A stretch of DNA of 64,000 bases, from the NCBI GenBank assembly GCA_963831755.1, contig CAWHRC010000004.1:303490-367489 (forward strand), in the 5' to 3' direction. The notes beneath the pieces are model-generated. The model worked only from the letters and a program-made list of their open reading frames with translations, was not told where the DNA came from and did not search any database. The translations under genes and the position numbers were made by a program. The stretch comes from an uncultured Acidobacteriota bacterium (GTDB taxonomy: Bacteria; Acidobacteriota; Vicinamibacteria; Fen-336). The stretch's first letter is position 1. Each line of letters starts with the position of its first letter. Below are positions 37,630 through 50,949 of the stretch, piece by piece.

Positions 37630-38940
37630 TCAGGTCGGGGGTGTCGTCTCCGGCTGCACGTACTCGCCAACGACGGGCGCCGCCAGGCCGATGCCGACAG
37701 CCAGCGCCACCGTCGCGATTCCGCCCGAGACCACGGACACGGTCGCACCGACCGCGGCCGACGCGAACGCCGACGCCACGAGCCCGGCTTCCAGCTCGCC
37801 CAGCTGCGGGCCGCCCATGAAGAAGATCATGTTCACCGAGGTCATGCGCCCCCGCAGCGCGTCCGGCGTGAGCATCTGGCGCAGCGTCTGCCGGATCACG
37901 GTGGAGACGAGGTCGGCGAGCCCGGAGCAGGCGAGCGCGAGGAAGGTCAGCCAGAAGCTGCGGGACAGGCCGTACGCGACGGTGGCGCCGCCGTACGCCG
38001 CCACCGACCAGAGCAGGATCCGGCCCTGGCGCGGCGGCAGGTGGCGCACGGAGGCGTAGAACGAGCCGGTCAGGGCGCCGATCGCGGGCGCCGCCACCAG
38101 CCAGCCGTAGCCCGCCGGTCCCGCGTGCAGGACCTGGTCGGCGAAGATCGGCAGCAGCGAGAGCGAGCCGGCGAAGAAGGTCGCCACGAAGTCGAGGCCC
38201 GTGGTCCAGACCATGATCGGCGTGCGGAACACGAACGACAGGCCCTCGCCCAGCGCGCGCAGCGGCGGGCCGGCCGGCTTCTCCGCGGAGGCGACCGCGC
38301 CCGAGGTGCGCATCAGCAGCAGCGACACGAGCACGCCCACGAACGAGGCGGCGTTGAGGAAGTAGATGAGCGCCAGCGGCGCGTCCGCCGTGGCGGGTGT
38401 TCCGGCGGGCGCCTGCAGCCCGCCACCGGGCAGCCCACCGCCCGCGATGATCAGCCCCGCAAGCGCGGGCCCGCCGATGAACGCGGCGTGGAACATGGTC
38501 AGGTTGAGCGACAGCGCCGCCGGCAGCTCGCCGGCCGGCACCAGGCGCGGGACGAGCGCCTGGCGCGCCGGGTTGTCGAAGGCGGAGGCGGCCGCGAGCA
38601 GCGCGTTCGCGCCGTAGAGCACGGCCAGCGTCTCCCGGTCGGCCAGCGTGAACGTGGCGAGCGCCAGAGAGCCGAGCAGCATGGTCGCCTGCGCCAGGAA
38701 CATCACGCGCCGGCGGTCGAAGCGGTCCGCGCTGACCCCGCCGAACAGGGAGAACAGGATGATCGGCACCACGCGCGTGAGGCCGAGCGCGCCCAGTGCG
38801 AGCGGCGAGCGGGTCAGCAGGTAGACGTGCCAGTGCAGGGCCACCGTCTGCATCTGCGAGCCCGTCTGCGACGCGAGCTGCGACAGCCACAGCAGGCGGA
38901 AGTCGCGGTGCCGCAGCACCCGGTACGGCCGGGGGCTCAA
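37630..38940 (-). CDS. MFS transporter
   Basis: About 12 predicted TM helices. [15 protein letters not shown] and [16 protein letters not shown] motifs resemble the EntS/multidrug MFS type. The start is uncertain. A TTG at 38940 overlapping the upstream stop as TTGA is the most plausible. Confidence 0.75.
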   Translation of the reverse strand: MSPRPYRVLRHRDFRLLWLSQLASQTGSQMQTVALHWHVYLLTRSPLALGALGLTRVVPIILFSLFGGVSADRFDRRRVMFLAQATMLLGSLALATFTLADRETLAVLYGANALLAAASAFDNPARQALVPRLVPAGELPAALSLNLTMFHAAFIGGPALAGLIIAGGGLPGGGLQAPAGTPATADAPLALIYFLNAASFVGVLVSLLLMRTSGAVASAEKPAGPPLRALGEGLSFVFRTPIMVWTTGLDFVATFFAGSLSLLPIFADQVLHAGPAGYGWLVAAPAIGALTGSFYASVRHLPPRQGRILLWSVAAYGGATVAYGLSRSFWLTFLALACSGLADLVSTVIRQTLRQMLTPDALRGRMTSVNMIFFMGGPQLGELEAGLVASAFASAAVGATVSVVSGGIATVALAVGIGLAAPVVGEYVQPETTPPT

Positions 38941-40544
38941 AAACGAAACACCCCGAAGCGGCTCTCGGGTATGGGCGCGTTGAGCGCGGCGCCGATCCCG
39001 AGCCCGAGCACCGTGCGCGTGTCGGCCGGCGGGATGATCCCGTCGTCCCACAGCCGGGCGGTCGAGTAGTAGGGGCTGCCCTCCTGCTCGTACTTGGCGA
39101 GGATCGGCGCTCGCACCGCCTCGACCTCCTCGTCGCTCAGCGGCCGGCCCTGGCGGGCGCGCTGCTCCTGCTTCACCTGCGCGAGCACGGAGGCCGCCTG
39201 CTCGCCGCCCATCACGCTGATGCGCGCGTTCGGCCACATCCACAGCTGGCGCGGCTGGTACGCGCGGCCGCACATGCCGTAGTTGCCCGCGCCGAAGCTG
39301 CCGCCGATCACGACCGTGAACTTGGGCACCTCGGCGTTCGCCACGGCGTGCACCATCTTCGCCCCGTCCTTGGCGATGCCTCGTGCTTCGTACTCGCGGC
39401 CGACGATGAAGCCGGTGATGTTCTGCAGGAACACCAGCGGAACGCGGCGCTGGCAGCAGATCGTGATGAAGTGCGTGGCCTTGAGCGCGCTCTCGGAGAA
39501 CAGCACGCCGTTGTTCGCCAGGATCCCGACCGGGTAGCCCATCAGGCGGGCGAAGCCCGTGACCAGCGTGGACCCGTAAAGGGCCTTGAACTCCGAGAAG
39601 CGGCTGCCGTCGACCAGGCGCGCGATCACCTCGCGCACGTCGTAGGCGCGGCGCACGCTGGCCGGCACGACCCCGCCGAGCTCGACGGGGTCGTAGAGCG
39701 GCTCCTCGGGCTGCTCGACGTCCCACGGCGCCTGCTTGCGCTCCGTCAGCCCCCCGACGATCTCGCGGGCGCGCGCGAGCGCCTCCTCCTCGTCGAGCGC
39801 GTAGTGGTCGGCGACGCCGCTGGTGCGGGCGTGCACGTCGGCCCCGCCCAGCTCCTCGGCGCTCACTTCCTCGCCGGTCGCCGCTTTCACCAGCGGCGGC
39901 CCGCCCAGGAAGATCGTGCCGCGGCCCTTCACGATCACCGTCTCGTCGCTCATCGCCGGCACGTAGGCACCGCCGGCGGTGCACGAGCCGAGCACGACGC
40001 TCAGCTGCGGGATCGCGGCCGCGCTCATGCGCGCCTGGTTGTAGAAGATGCGGCCGAAGTGGTCGCGGTCCGGGAAGACCTCGGCCTGCAGCGGCAGGAA
40101 GGCCCCGCCGGAGTCGACCAGGTACAGGCACGGCAGCCGGTTCTCGAGCGCGATCTCCTGCGCCCGCAGGTGCTTCTTCACCGTGACCGGGAAGTAGGTG
40201 CCGCCCTTGACGGTCGCGTCGTTGGCCACCAGCATCAGCTCGCGGCCGCGCACCCTGCCGATGCCGCACACGATGCCGGCCGCCGGTGCCTGGCCGTCGT
40301 ACAGCTCGAAGCCGGCGAGCGCGCCGATCTCGAGGAAGGGCGTGCCCTGGTCGAGCAGGCGCTCGATCCGCTCGCGCACCGGCAGCTTGCCCTGCTCGCG
40401 GTGCCGGCGCAGCGCGTCCTCGCCCCCGCCCTCGCGCGCCGCCGCCAGCCGCTCGCGCAGCTGCGCGACCAGGGCGTCCATGTGCGTGGCGTTGGCACGG
40501 AACTCGGCCGACGCCGTGTCGACGTGCGACTCCAGGACCGACAT
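38937..40544 (-). CDS. Methylcrotonyl-CoA / propionyl-CoA carboxylase beta subunit (carboxyltransferase)
   Basis: 535 aa. Carboxyltransferase N- and C-domain blocks, including [11 protein letters not shown] and [13 protein letters not shown]. Confidence 0.9.
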   Translation of the reverse strand: MSVLESHVDTASAEFRANATHMDALVAQLRERLAAAREGGGEDALRRHREQGKLPVRERIERLLDQGTPFLEIGALAGFELYDGQAPAAGIVCGIGRVRGRELMLVANDATVKGGTYFPVTVKKHLRAQEIALENRLPCLYLVDSGGAFLPLQAEVFPDRDHFGRIFYNQARMSAAAIPQLSVVLGSCTAGGAYVPAMSDETVIVKGRGTIFLGGPPLVKAATGEEVSAEELGGADVHARTSGVADHYALDEEEALARAREIVGGLTERKQAPWDVEQPEEPLYDPVELGGVVPASVRRAYDVREVIARLVDGSRFSEFKALYGSTLVTGFARLMGYPVGILANNGVLFSESALKATHFITICCQRRVPLVFLQNITGFIVGREYEARGIAKDGAKMVHAVANAEVPKFTVVIGGSFGAGNYGMCGRAYQPRQLWMWPNARISVMGGEQAASVLAQVKQEQRARQGRPLSDEEVEAVRAPILAKYEQEGSPYYSTARLWDDGIIPPADTRTVLGLGIGAALNAPIPESRFGVFRF

Positions 40545-40577
40545 GGGATGGACGAGTCTACATCGCCCCGGCGCCCG

Positions 40578-41693
40578 TCAGTCGCCGAGGCAGATCCCGA
40601 GCTCGCGTGCCGTCAGGATCGTGTCGCAGTCGAGCGGCACGCACTTCAGGCGCTCGGTCGCCTCCGCGAGCGGCACGTAGCGCACGCGCGGCGGGTCGAG
40701 CGCGACCATCACGCCCGTCCTGCCCGCCGCCAGCGCGCGCACCGCCGCGGCGCCGAAGCGCAGCGAGAGCAGGCGGTCGAAGGTGGTCGGGGTGCCGCCG
40801 CGCAGCAGGTGCCCCAGCACCACGCTGCGCGTGTCCCGCCCCGTGAGCGAGCGGATCTCCGCCGCCACCCGCTCGCCCGCCCCGCCCAGCCGCTCCGCCG
40901 AGCCGACCTTCTTCTCGACCACCGAGTAGCCGGCGCCCTTCGCCCGCGTGCCCTCCGCGACCACCACGATCGCGAAGTTGCTGCCGTCGGAGAAGCGCTC
41001 GGCGATCTTCTCGGCGACCCGCTCCAGGTCGTAGGGGATCTCCGGCAGCAGGATCACGTCCGCCGTCCCCGAGACCCCCGAGTTGAGGGCGATCCAGCCG
41101 GCGTAGCGGCCCATCACCTCCACCACCATCACCCGCCGGTGGGCGGCCGCGGTCGAGTGCAGCCGGTCGATGCACTCGGTGGCGAAGGAGACCGCCGAGT
41201 CGAAGCCGAACGTGATCACGGTGCGGCTGAGGTCGTTGTCGATCGTCTTCGGCACGCCGACGATGCGCACGCCCTTCCCGTGGAGGGCGTTCGCGATCGT
41301 GAGCGAGCCGTCGCCCCCGACCGCGACGACCGCGTCGATCCCGTTCGCGGCGAAGGCCCGCACCAGCTCGTCGCTGCGGTCCAGCTCCACGAGCTTGCCG
41401 TCCTTCTCGGCGGGGAAGCGCAGCGGGTTGCCCGCGTTGGTGGTGCCGATGATCGTGCCGCCCAGGTGCGTGATGCCCCGCACCTTCTCCGGCGTCAGCG
41501 TGATCAGGCCGCCGTCGCGGTACTGGTCGGGCAGCATCACGCCGTTGTAGCCGTCCCGGATCCCGACCACGTCCCAGCCGCGGTTGTGCGCGGAGAGCAC
41601 CACCGCGCGGATCACCGCGTTCAGGCCCGGCGCGTCGCCGCCCCCGGTGCTGATGGCGATGCGGCGGATCGCGGAGCGGCCGGCTCTCGGCAT
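40578..41693 (-). CDS. pfkA: 6-phosphofructokinase (PfkA family)
   Basis: AISTGGGDAPGLNAVIRA, VVAVGGDGS, MGRYAGWIAL, TIDNDL. 371 aa. Confidence 0.9.
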   Translation of the reverse strand: MPRAGRSAIRRIAISTGGGDAPGLNAVIRAVVLSAHNRGWDVVGIRDGYNGVMLPDQYRDGGLITLTPEKVRGITHLGGTIIGTTNAGNPLRFPAEKDGKLVELDRSDELVRAFAANGIDAVVAVGGDGSLTIANALHGKGVRIVGVPKTIDNDLSRTVITFGFDSAVSFATECIDRLHSTAAAHRRVMVVEVMGRYAGWIALNSGVSGTADVILLPEIPYDLERVAEKIAERFSDGSNFAIVVVAEGTRAKGAGYSVVEKKVGSAERLGGAGERVAAEIRSLTGRDTRSVVLGHLLRGGTPTTFDRLLSLRFGAAAVRALAAGRTGVMVALDPPRVRYVPLAEATERLKCVPLDCDTILTARELGICLGD

Positions 41694-41703
41694 CGGTGGC
41701 CTC

Positions 41704-43103
41704 CTAGTCCAGGTTCAGCTCCGGCGCCTTCTTGAACACGGCGAAGCCCAGCAGGCAGCCCACGGCGAGGTACGCGTACGAGTCGACGAAGGCCGCCAGC
41801 AGCCGGCCGGCCAGCGGGATGAGCGAGAGCACTGCGGCGGCTATCCCGGCGACCAGCACGATCCCCGTGTAGACGACCATCGCGCTCCAGTAGGTGCTGC
41901 CCATGCGCCGGATCGCGTCGAGCCCCGCGAGCGGGTTGAGCGTCGCCACGAAGCTGCGGGAGATCGCCGCCGCCACCAGCGCGATCGGCGAGTAGACGAG
42001 CTTCCACAGCAGGGCCAGCACGAACGCGACGATCGCCCAGCCGGGCACCAGCGGCGGTTCCACGAAGGCCGCACCCGCGTCGCCGGGCTGACCGGTCTCG
42101 CCCTCCTCTCCCTCGGCGGCCTCCGCGCCGCCGGCCTCGGAGTCGTTCTCGAGCAGCGCGGCGACGTTCGGGGGGAGCGTGGGCGAGGGCGAGGGCGACT
42201 CGCGAGGGACCGCCGCCGCCAGGCGGCCGGCGCCGACCGAGGCGGCGACGTCGTGCCAGGTGTACAGGAACCCCAGCGCGATGAGCGGGCCCGTGCTGAT
42301 CAGGAGGGCCGCGAGGCCCGCACGCACGGGCTGGATTAGGTCCGTCCAGTCGCTCAGGTTCGGCATGAAGCCGGAGAAGTTGCCGCTCGAGACGCGGTTG
42401 ATCGCGCTGAAAGCGTACGCGTAGAGCAGCCCCTGCGACACGATCATGCCGACCCCGCTGCCGAAGGCCGCCAGCGACGCCGCCAGCGCGAAGACGCCGA
42501 CGAACACCGCCAGCAGCACGAAGGCGACCTTGTCCGTGAAGGGGTAGGCGAACACGGTCCCCAGCTCCTCGGACAGCGGGCGCGCGCGGCGGCGGGCGAG
42601 CGCCTCCTTGCGCTCCTGCTCGGCGGCGGGGACGCACAGCGCGTCGCACTGCGGACAGATCGCGGCCGTGCCCTGCCGCTTCACGCACTCGCCGCACAGG
42701 CCCCGCCCGCACTGCGTGCACACGCCTTCCGAGGCGACCGAGGCGTGGTTCGCGCAGCGGCGCCAGCCCCGTGGGTTCGGGCGGCTGCCGCGGGGCCGGG
42801 CCGAGGCCGGGGCCGTGGCGGCTCCGGCGGCGAGCGAGGTGGCGCTCGTCGACGCGCTGCCGGCCGGCGCGGCGCCAGGCGGGGGGAAGCCACGGGCGGC
42901 GCACCTGCGGGCGGCGGCGCGGCTGTCGATGCCGGTGGCGGCGCGGGCGAGAGAGCCGGCGCTGGCGCGGCCGGCGCGATCTGGGCCTCGGCGACCGGGA
43001 ACACCGCACCGCAGCCGCCGCAGCGCGCGCGCAGGTTCGGCGTGCCCGACTTCTCGGGCGGGATACGGATGCGCCGTCGACACCCCGGGCAAAGAACGGT
43101 CAC
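41704..43103 (-). CDS. Zinc-ribbon (MJ0042-type finger) + Pro/Ala linker + second Cys-rich ribbon + polytopic membrane domain protein. Possibly split by a frameshift near 42850.
   Basis: 43103 frame: MTVLCPGCRRRIRIPPEKSGTPNLRARCGGCGAVF, then a P/A-rich tail. 43092 frame: CTQCGRGLCGECV...CPQCDALC followed by about 8 TM helices. The two frames overlap within the low-complexity linker. Confidence 0.5.
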
Positions 43104-43158
43104 GGCCGCCTCCTGGCCCCGGGATTATAGGCGCGCCGCGCGCTCGAACGGCGCGCGC

Positions 43159-43926
43159 TCAGAGGATCGTGCGCTTCTCGAAGGTCCGCGCCCCGAGCCA
43201 CCCGAACAACGCGAGGTAGCCGGCCAGTCCCGCCAGCAGCAGCGGCGCCGGCATGTGCTGGGCCCCGGGGGTGACCGCGACGCGCATGGCCTCGCTGATG
43301 AAGGTCAGCGGGTTGATCAGGAACAGGTACCGGAACGGCCCGATCGCCGAGAGCCCGGCGAACGGGTAGTAGGCGCAGCCGAACAGCATCATCGGCCCGA
43401 GCACCACCGCGAAGAGCAGGCCGCTGAAGCGGGGCTGCACGCGGGTGCCCAGCGTGAGGCCGAACGCGGCCGACAGCAGGCCGCTGACGACCGCCAGCGG
43501 CAAGAGCCGCGCCCACGCCGGCCACACGTCGACGTGGCCGACCCCGTGCATCAGCAGCATCATCGCCGGCAGCGCCACCAGCCCCGCGACGAAGGCGTGG
43601 ATCGCCCCCGCCACGATCCGCTCGAGCGCCACCCAGCGCACCGAGATCGGCGCCAGCAGCCGCTCGTCCACCTCGCGGCTGCCCGAGAGGTCCTGCACCA
43701 GCGGGATCAGCACGCCCTGGACGCCCGCCATCAGCATGGTGATCGCCATCAGGCCGGGCGCCATCACGGCGCCGAAGCCCGCGGCCACCAGCCCCAGCCT
43801 GGGCATGATGTTGCCGAACACCAGGATCACCAGGATCGGCTGGGTCAGCGTCGACAGCAGCAGCGGTCCCGCGTGCCGGGTGGTGACGAGCAGGTCGCGC
43901 CGCAGCAGGGCGAGGAAGGCGGTCAT
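43159..43926 (-). CDS. ABC-2 type transporter permease
   Basis: Starts [14 protein letters not shown]. 6 TM helices. ATGA overlap with the upstream ATPase gene. Confidence 0.8.
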   Translation of the reverse strand: MTAFLALLRRDLLVTTRHAGPLLLSTLTQPILVILVFGNIMPRLGLVAAGFGAVMAPGLMAITMLMAGVQGVLIPLVQDLSGSREVDERLLAPISVRWVALERIVAGAIHAFVAGLVALPAMMLLMHGVGHVDVWPAWARLLPLAVVSGLLSAAFGLTLGTRVQPRFSGLLFAVVLGPMMLFGCAYYPFAGLSAIGPFRYLFLINPLTFISEAMRVAVTPGAQHMPAPLLLAGLAGYLALFGWLGARTFEKRTIL

Positions 43927-44900
43927 TCGCGCAGCTCCCGCCCGGTCAGGTGGATGTAGACGTCCTCCAGGCTGGGCTGGGCCAGGCTGACGTGGTGCAG
44001 GTACGCCCCGCCGTCGCGCACCGTGTGCAGCACGCGGTCGAGCAGGCCGTCCGCCGGGTCCACGAACAGCCGCAGCCGCTCGAGCGCGTCCGCGCCCTGC
44101 CCGCCGTCCTGCACGGCCTCGATGTTCAGGACGCCCGGCAGCGAGCGCAGGAGCGGGGCGATCGGCTGCGCCGCGCGCACCCAGAGGTCGAGCACCTGGG
44201 CGCCCGGCAGCGAGCGCTTGAGCGCCGCCGGCGTGTCCAGCGTGAGGATGCGGCCGTGGTCGACGATCGCCAGGCGGCCGCACAGCCGGTCGGCCTCCTC
44301 CATGTAGTGCGTGGTGAGGATGAAGGTCGTGCCGCGCTCGTGCAGCGAGCGCAGCGTCTCCCACAGCAGGCGCCGCGCCTGCGGGTCGAGGCCCGTCGTC
44401 GGCTCGTCGAGCAGCAGCACCTTGGGGTCGTGCATCAGGGCGCGGGCGATCATGACCCGCTGCTGCTGGCCGCCGGAGAGCTCCGTGGGCCTGGCGTTCG
44501 CCTTGTCCGCGACCTGCAGCTCGCGCAGCAGGCGGTCGGCGCGCGCCTCGCGCTCGGCCGCGGCCAGGCCGAAGTAGCGGCCGTGCCAGGTCAGCACCTC
44601 GCGCACGCGCAGGTCGCGGTCGAGGTTGCGGGTCTGCGGGACGACGGCGATGCGCCTCTTCGCCTCCCGCGTGTCGCGTGCGACGTCCACGCCGTCGACG
44701 AGGATGCGGCCCGAGGTCGGCCGCACGAGCGTGCTGATGCAGCCGAGCGTCGTGCTCTTGCCGGCGCCGTTCGGCCCCAGCAGGCCGAAGAACTCGCCCC
44801 GCTCGACGCTGAACGACACGCCGCGCACCGCCTCGACCGGGGGCGTCTTGCGCGAGCCCGGATAGGTCTTCACCAGGTTCTCGACGACGAGGATGCTCAT
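43923..44900 (-). CDS. ABC transporter ATP-binding protein
   Basis: Walker [10 protein letters not shown], signature LSGGQQQRV, Walker [12 protein letters not shown]. Confidence 0.9.
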   Translation of the reverse strand: MSILVVENLVKTYPGSRKTPPVEAVRGVSFSVERGEFFGLLGPNGAGKSTTLGCISTLVRPTSGRILVDGVDVARDTREAKRRIAVVPQTRNLDRDLRVREVLTWHGRYFGLAAAEREARADRLLRELQVADKANARPTELSGGQQQRVMIARALMHDPKVLLLDEPTTGLDPQARRLLWETLRSLHERGTTFILTTHYMEEADRLCGRLAIVDHGRILTLDTPAALKRSLPGAQVLDLWVRAAQPIAPLLRSLPGVLNIEAVQDGGQGADALERLRLFVDPADGLLDRVLHTVRDGGAYLHHVSLAQPSLEDVYIHLTGRELRE

Positions 44901-44999
44901 GCGGGGATGGTCGATCCTAGCACGCCGTCGGTCTCGCACCCGCCGAGGGAGCGGACGAGCGACTGCGGGTCGGCCGCACGCGCTCCGGGTGAACGGCGC

Positions 45000-47090
<2,091 letters not shown>

Positions 47091-47102
47091 GGCGGCCCTC
47101 CC

Positions 47103-47438
47103 TCAGCCCTGCACGCCCGCGCCCAGCGACTGCAGGCGCATCACGGTGGCGTAGTCGGCCAGCGACTGCACGAGCCCGTAGCGGGCGAAGATCACGAGCC
47201 CGAACAGCACGAGAAAGGCGATGTCGAGGGGGAAGTAGCGCAGGCTCGCCGGCAGGCGCCGGCGGATGAAGCGCACGGGCGGCTCCGTCAGCGCGTAGAG
47301 GAAGCGCACGATCGGATTGCGCGGGTCGGCGCTGACCCAGGAGATGACCGCGCGCGCGATCAGGATCCAGAGGTAGACGAAGAGCGCGTTGTCGAGCACG
47401 GCCGCGAGCCCGATCAGGACGTTGGCCAGCATCAGCAC
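47103..47438 (-). CDS. yggT: YggT family membrane protein
   Basis: 111 aa, 2 TM helices, with YLWILIARAVISWV and PVRFIRRRLP motifs. Confidence 0.85.
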   Translation of the reverse strand: MLMLANVLIGLAAVLDNALFVYLWILIARAVISWVSADPRNPIVRFLYALTEPPVRFIRRRLPASLRYFPLDIAFLVLFGLVIFARYGLVQSLADYATVMRLQSLGAGVQG

Positions 47439-47493
47439 GGGTCAGCTCCCTCCTTGCGCTCCTGCGCGCCGCGCGGGCGCCCGGCGGGCGGGA

Positions 47494-48194
47494 TCAAGCC
47501 GCGGCCTCCCGCTCGCCGAAGATCGCGGTCCCGACCCTGACCATCGTAGCGCCCTCGGCGATCGCCACCTCGAAGTCGTGGCTCATGCCCATCGACAGCT
47601 CGCGCCCGGCGACGAGGCCCGCGGCCGTGGCCTGCTCCAGCAGGGCACGCAGCCTGCCGGAAGTACGGCCGGCTGCGCTCCGGCTCGTCGGACCACGGGG
47701 GCAGCAGCATCAGGCCGTCGACGCGGATGCCGGCGCTGCCGCGCAGCGCCTCGAGCGTGGCCATCAGCGACGGCTCGGGCAGGCCGAACTTGGTCTGCTC
47801 GCCCGCCAGGTCGACCTGGACGAGCGCCCGCGCCACGCGTCCCGCCTCCTCGGCCGCGCGGGCCAGGCGCTGCGCGAGCTCGAGCGAGTCGAGCGAGTGC
47901 ACCGTGTCGAAGAGCGCGGCCGCGCGCCGGGCCTTGTTCGACTGCAGGTGGCCCACCAGGTGCCAGCGCAGCCCGCGGCGGCCGAGGTCGCTCAAGGACT
48001 GGATCTTGGGCTCGGCCTCCTGGACGCGGTTCTCGCCGAAATCGCGCACGCCGGCCGCGAAGGCGGCTCGCACGGCGTCGGCCGGGCAGGTCTTGCTGAC
48101 GGCGACGAGGGTGATCGACTCCGGCGGCGCGCGCCGCGCGCTCCGCCGCCCGGGCGATGCGCTCCCGGACGGCGGCCACGCGATCCGCGATCAC
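47494..48194 (-). pseudogene. yggS: YggS-family PLP homeostasis protein, at least 2 frameshifts near 48120 and 47690 (or indels)
   Basis: N-terminus [25 protein letters not shown]. The middle, ITLVAVSKTCPADAVRAAFAAGVRDFGENRVQE...HLVGHLQSNK, sits in a second frame. The C-terminus [32 protein letters not shown] sits in a third frame and ends at 47494. Confidence 0.65.
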
Positions 48195-49132
48195 TTCTTC
48201 TTCTTCAGCGCGGCCAGGATGCCCTGGGCGGCCGCGACCTGCTGCGCGTTGCCCGGGTTGAGGGCGAGGTACTTCTCGTAGACCGTCGCCGCGTCGTCGG
48301 TGCGGCCCAGGTTCAGCAGCTGGCTGCCCAGCCAGTAGAAGGCGTCGGCCATCGTGGGGTCAGCGGCGGTCGCGGCCTCGAAGGCCTTCACCGCGTCCTC
48401 CGTCTTGCCGCCCTGCATCAGCATCAGCCCGCGGCTGTACTGCGACTTGGCGTCGGCCGGGTTCGCGGCCGCGGCCTGGTCCATGATGGCCATCGCCTTG
48501 TCGGCCTGCCCCATGGACTGGTACAGGCGGGCGAGCGACGTGGTGGCGTCCGTGAAGCCCGGCCGCAGCTCGAGGGCCTTCTGGAAGGCGGCTTCGGCGG
48601 CGGCGTTGTCCTTCTTCGTCGCGTAGATCGAGCCCAGGTTGAGGTAGGCCTCCGGCACGTCGGGGTTCGTCTCGAGGATCGCCTTGTACGCGGCCAGCGC
48701 CTCGTCCAGCTTGCCGGCGCTCTGCAGTTCGACCGCGGCGCCGAAGGCCTTGCGCAGCTGGTCGACCTCGCCGCCCGGCGCGTTGGCGGCCTGCTTGGCC
48801 GTCTGCAGCTTGAAGTCGGGGACGGCCGTCGGGTCCCCGAGGCCGATGCGGTAATGGTCGACGATCCCGCTCTGGTAGCCTTCCTTGCTCGCGGTGAAGC
48901 GGTAGGGGCCCGGCTGCATGCCGACCTGCATCCACTCGCCCTTCTTGTTCGTCCGCGTCTCGAACTTGCGGTTGATGCCGCCCTGGAACTCGACCAGGAC
49001 CGTCGCCTCGGCGATCGGCTTGCCGTCCGCGTCGAGCACCTTGCCCCGGGCCGTGCCCGTCTGGGCCCGCGCCGGGGAGGCCAGGAGGGCGAGGCCGAGC
49101 AGCAGCCCGGCGGCAGCGAGTGCACGCTTCAT
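48191..49132 (-). CDS. Secreted CarboxypepD_reg-like domain + TPR repeat protein
   Basis: ATG at 49132 with a GGAGG RBS. Signal [43 protein letters not shown]... beta-sandwich. TPR repeats ([18 protein letters not shown]). Confidence 0.75.
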   Translation of the reverse strand: MKRALAAAGLLLGLALLASPARAQTGTARGKVLDADGKPIAEATVLVEFQGGINRKFETRTNKKGEWMQVGMQPGPYRFTASKEGYQSGIVDHYRIGLGDPTAVPDFKLQTAKQAANAPGGEVDQLRKAFGAAVELQSAGKLDEALAAYKAILETNPDVPEAYLNLGSIYATKKDNAAAEAAFQKALELRPGFTDATTSLARLYQSMGQADKAMAIMDQAAAANPADAKSQYSRGLMLMQGGKTEDAVKAFEAATAADPTMADAFYWLGSQLLNLGRTDDAATVYEKYLALNPGNAQQVAAAQGILAALKKKK

Positions 49133-49162
49133 GATGGTGTCCTCCACAGTGGCCCTAGTTTC

Positions 49163-49846
49163 TCACCAAGCCGTTTCGTAGGGAATCGGGTCGGCCACCC
49201 CCGCCTGCCGGAAGCCCGCGAGCCGCAGGCGGCAGGACTCGCAGCGGCCGCAGGCCCGCCCGCCCGACTGATAGCAGGACCAGGTCTTCTCGAAGGGGAC
49301 CCGCAGGGAGACGCCTGGTCCGCACGATCTCGGCCTTCGACAGGCGGATCACCGGCGTGACGATCGCGCAGGTCCGTCTCCGGGCGCGTGCCGAGCCGGA
49401 TCGCCTCCTCGAAGGCGCGGTAGAACTCCGGCCGGCAGTCGGGGTAGCCCGAGGAGTCCTCCCAGACGGCCCCCACGAAGAGGACGCGCGCGCCGAGCAC
49501 CTCGGCCCAGGAGACGGCCGCCGCCAGCAGGTGCGCGTTGCGGAACGGGCACGTAGGAGGTCGGGACGACGCCCTCGACGGGCTCGCCCTCGCGCACCGG
49601 GAGCGCCGGGTCGGTCAGGCTGCTGCCGCCGATCTGGCGCAGGTCGGAGAAGTCGACGACCAGCCGCGCCTCGGCGGCGAAGTGGTCGGCGAGGGCGTGG
49701 AAGCAGCGAAGCTCCCGCGCCTCGGTGCGCTGGCCGTAGTTGGCGTGCAGGAAGGCGAGGCGGTGCTCGCGCGCGGCGAGCGCGGCGGTCACGGCGGAGT
49801 CCATGCCGCCGCTCACGCAGACGACGGCCAGCGCGCGTTCGCCCAC
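49163..49846 (-). pseudogene. queC: 7-cyano-7-deazaguanine synthase, split over 3 frames
   Basis: N-terminal ALAVVCVSGGMDSAVTAALA PP-loop. The middle [31 protein letters not shown] is in a second frame. The C-terminus, [50 protein letters not shown], is in a third. Confidence 0.7.
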
Positions 49847-49850
49847 CGCC

Positions 49851-50499
49851 TCACACCCCCCTCGTCACGCCCGGCCACAGGTACTTGTGCAGCTGCACCT
49901 GCAGCCGCACGGGCAGGCCGTCGTCGAGGATCCAGCGGCCGAGCGCTCCGGGGTCGAGCCGGCCGTGCACCGGCGAGAAGAGCACGGTGCAGCGCTCGAC
50001 GAGCGCCCGCCCGCGCACGAGCTCGCGCGACCACTCGTAGTCCACGCGGCCGTCGATCACGAACTTCAGCCTCGTCCTGCGTCCGCAGCCGGTCGAGGTT
50101 CGACCAGTCCATGCGCGCGCTCTCGCCCGAGCCGGGCGTCTTCACGTCCAGGACGACGACCGCGCGGGGGTCGAGCGGCTCGAGCGCTCACGTGGCCCGA
50201 GGTCTCGACCATGACCTCCCAGCCCCGTCGAGCAGCCGCGTGACGAGCGGGAACGCGGCCGGCTGGGCGAGCGGCTCGCCGCCGGTCAGGCAGACGAGCC
50301 GCGTCGGGAAGCGCCCAAGCTCGGCGAGCAGCTCGTCCTCGCTGCGCCTCTTGCCCTCGTGGAAGGCGTAGGCGGTGTCGCACCAGACGCAGCGCAGCGG
50401 GCAACCCGTCAGCCGCACGAAGACGCAGGGCCGGCCGGCGCGCGTGCCCTCGCCCTGGATCGAGAGGAAGACCTCGTTGACGGTCAGCACGGCGCGCTC
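49851..50499 (-). pseudogene. queE: 7-carboxy-7-deazaguanine synthase (radical SAM), frameshifted
   Basis: LTVNEVFLSIQGEGTRAGRPCVFVRLTGCPLRCVWCDT, then GWEVMVETSGHV in a second frame. The C-terminal VIDGRVDYEWSRELV...LQVQLHKYLW is in another frame. Confidence 0.65.
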
Positions 50500-50515
50500 C
50501 GCCCGGCGGCGCGCC

Positions 50516-50907
50516 TCATTCGGAGTAGGTCGCGCTGCAGCCGGGGGCCTCCCAGACCCGCACGCGCCGCAGGCGCTCGCCCTCCTCGCCCAGCGCCTTG
50601 CGCACCTCGACGAAGAAGTAGCGGGCCACCGCCTCCGCCGAGGGGCTCTGGCCGGCGAAGTCGCGGGTGGCGTCGTGATGTCGCGCGTAGTGGAAGCGCC
50701 GGGCGACCTCGGCCACCGCTTCCTTGAGGTGCTCGAAGTCGACCACGACGCCCAGCCGGTCGAGCGTCTCGCCCGCCGCGACCACCTCGACGCGCCAGTC
50801 GTGCCCGTGGTTGCGGCTCGATGCGGCCGGCCGCCGTCGTGCAGCAGGTGGGTGGCGCAGAACGTCGTCTCGTACGCGACCTCGAACAAGGGGGCCTCCT
50901 CGAGCAT
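50516..50907 (-). pseudogene. queD: 6-carboxy-5,6,7,8-tetrahydropterin synthase, one frameshift
   Basis: N-terminal MLEEAPLFEVAYETTFCATHLL. The C-terminus NHGHDWRVEVVAAGETLDRLGVVVDFEHLKEAV... is in the neighbouring frame. Confidence 0.65.
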
Positions 50908-50949
50908 GTTGCCGCCAGCGCCCGGGCGTGTCCAGCGCGGCGGCGGCGC

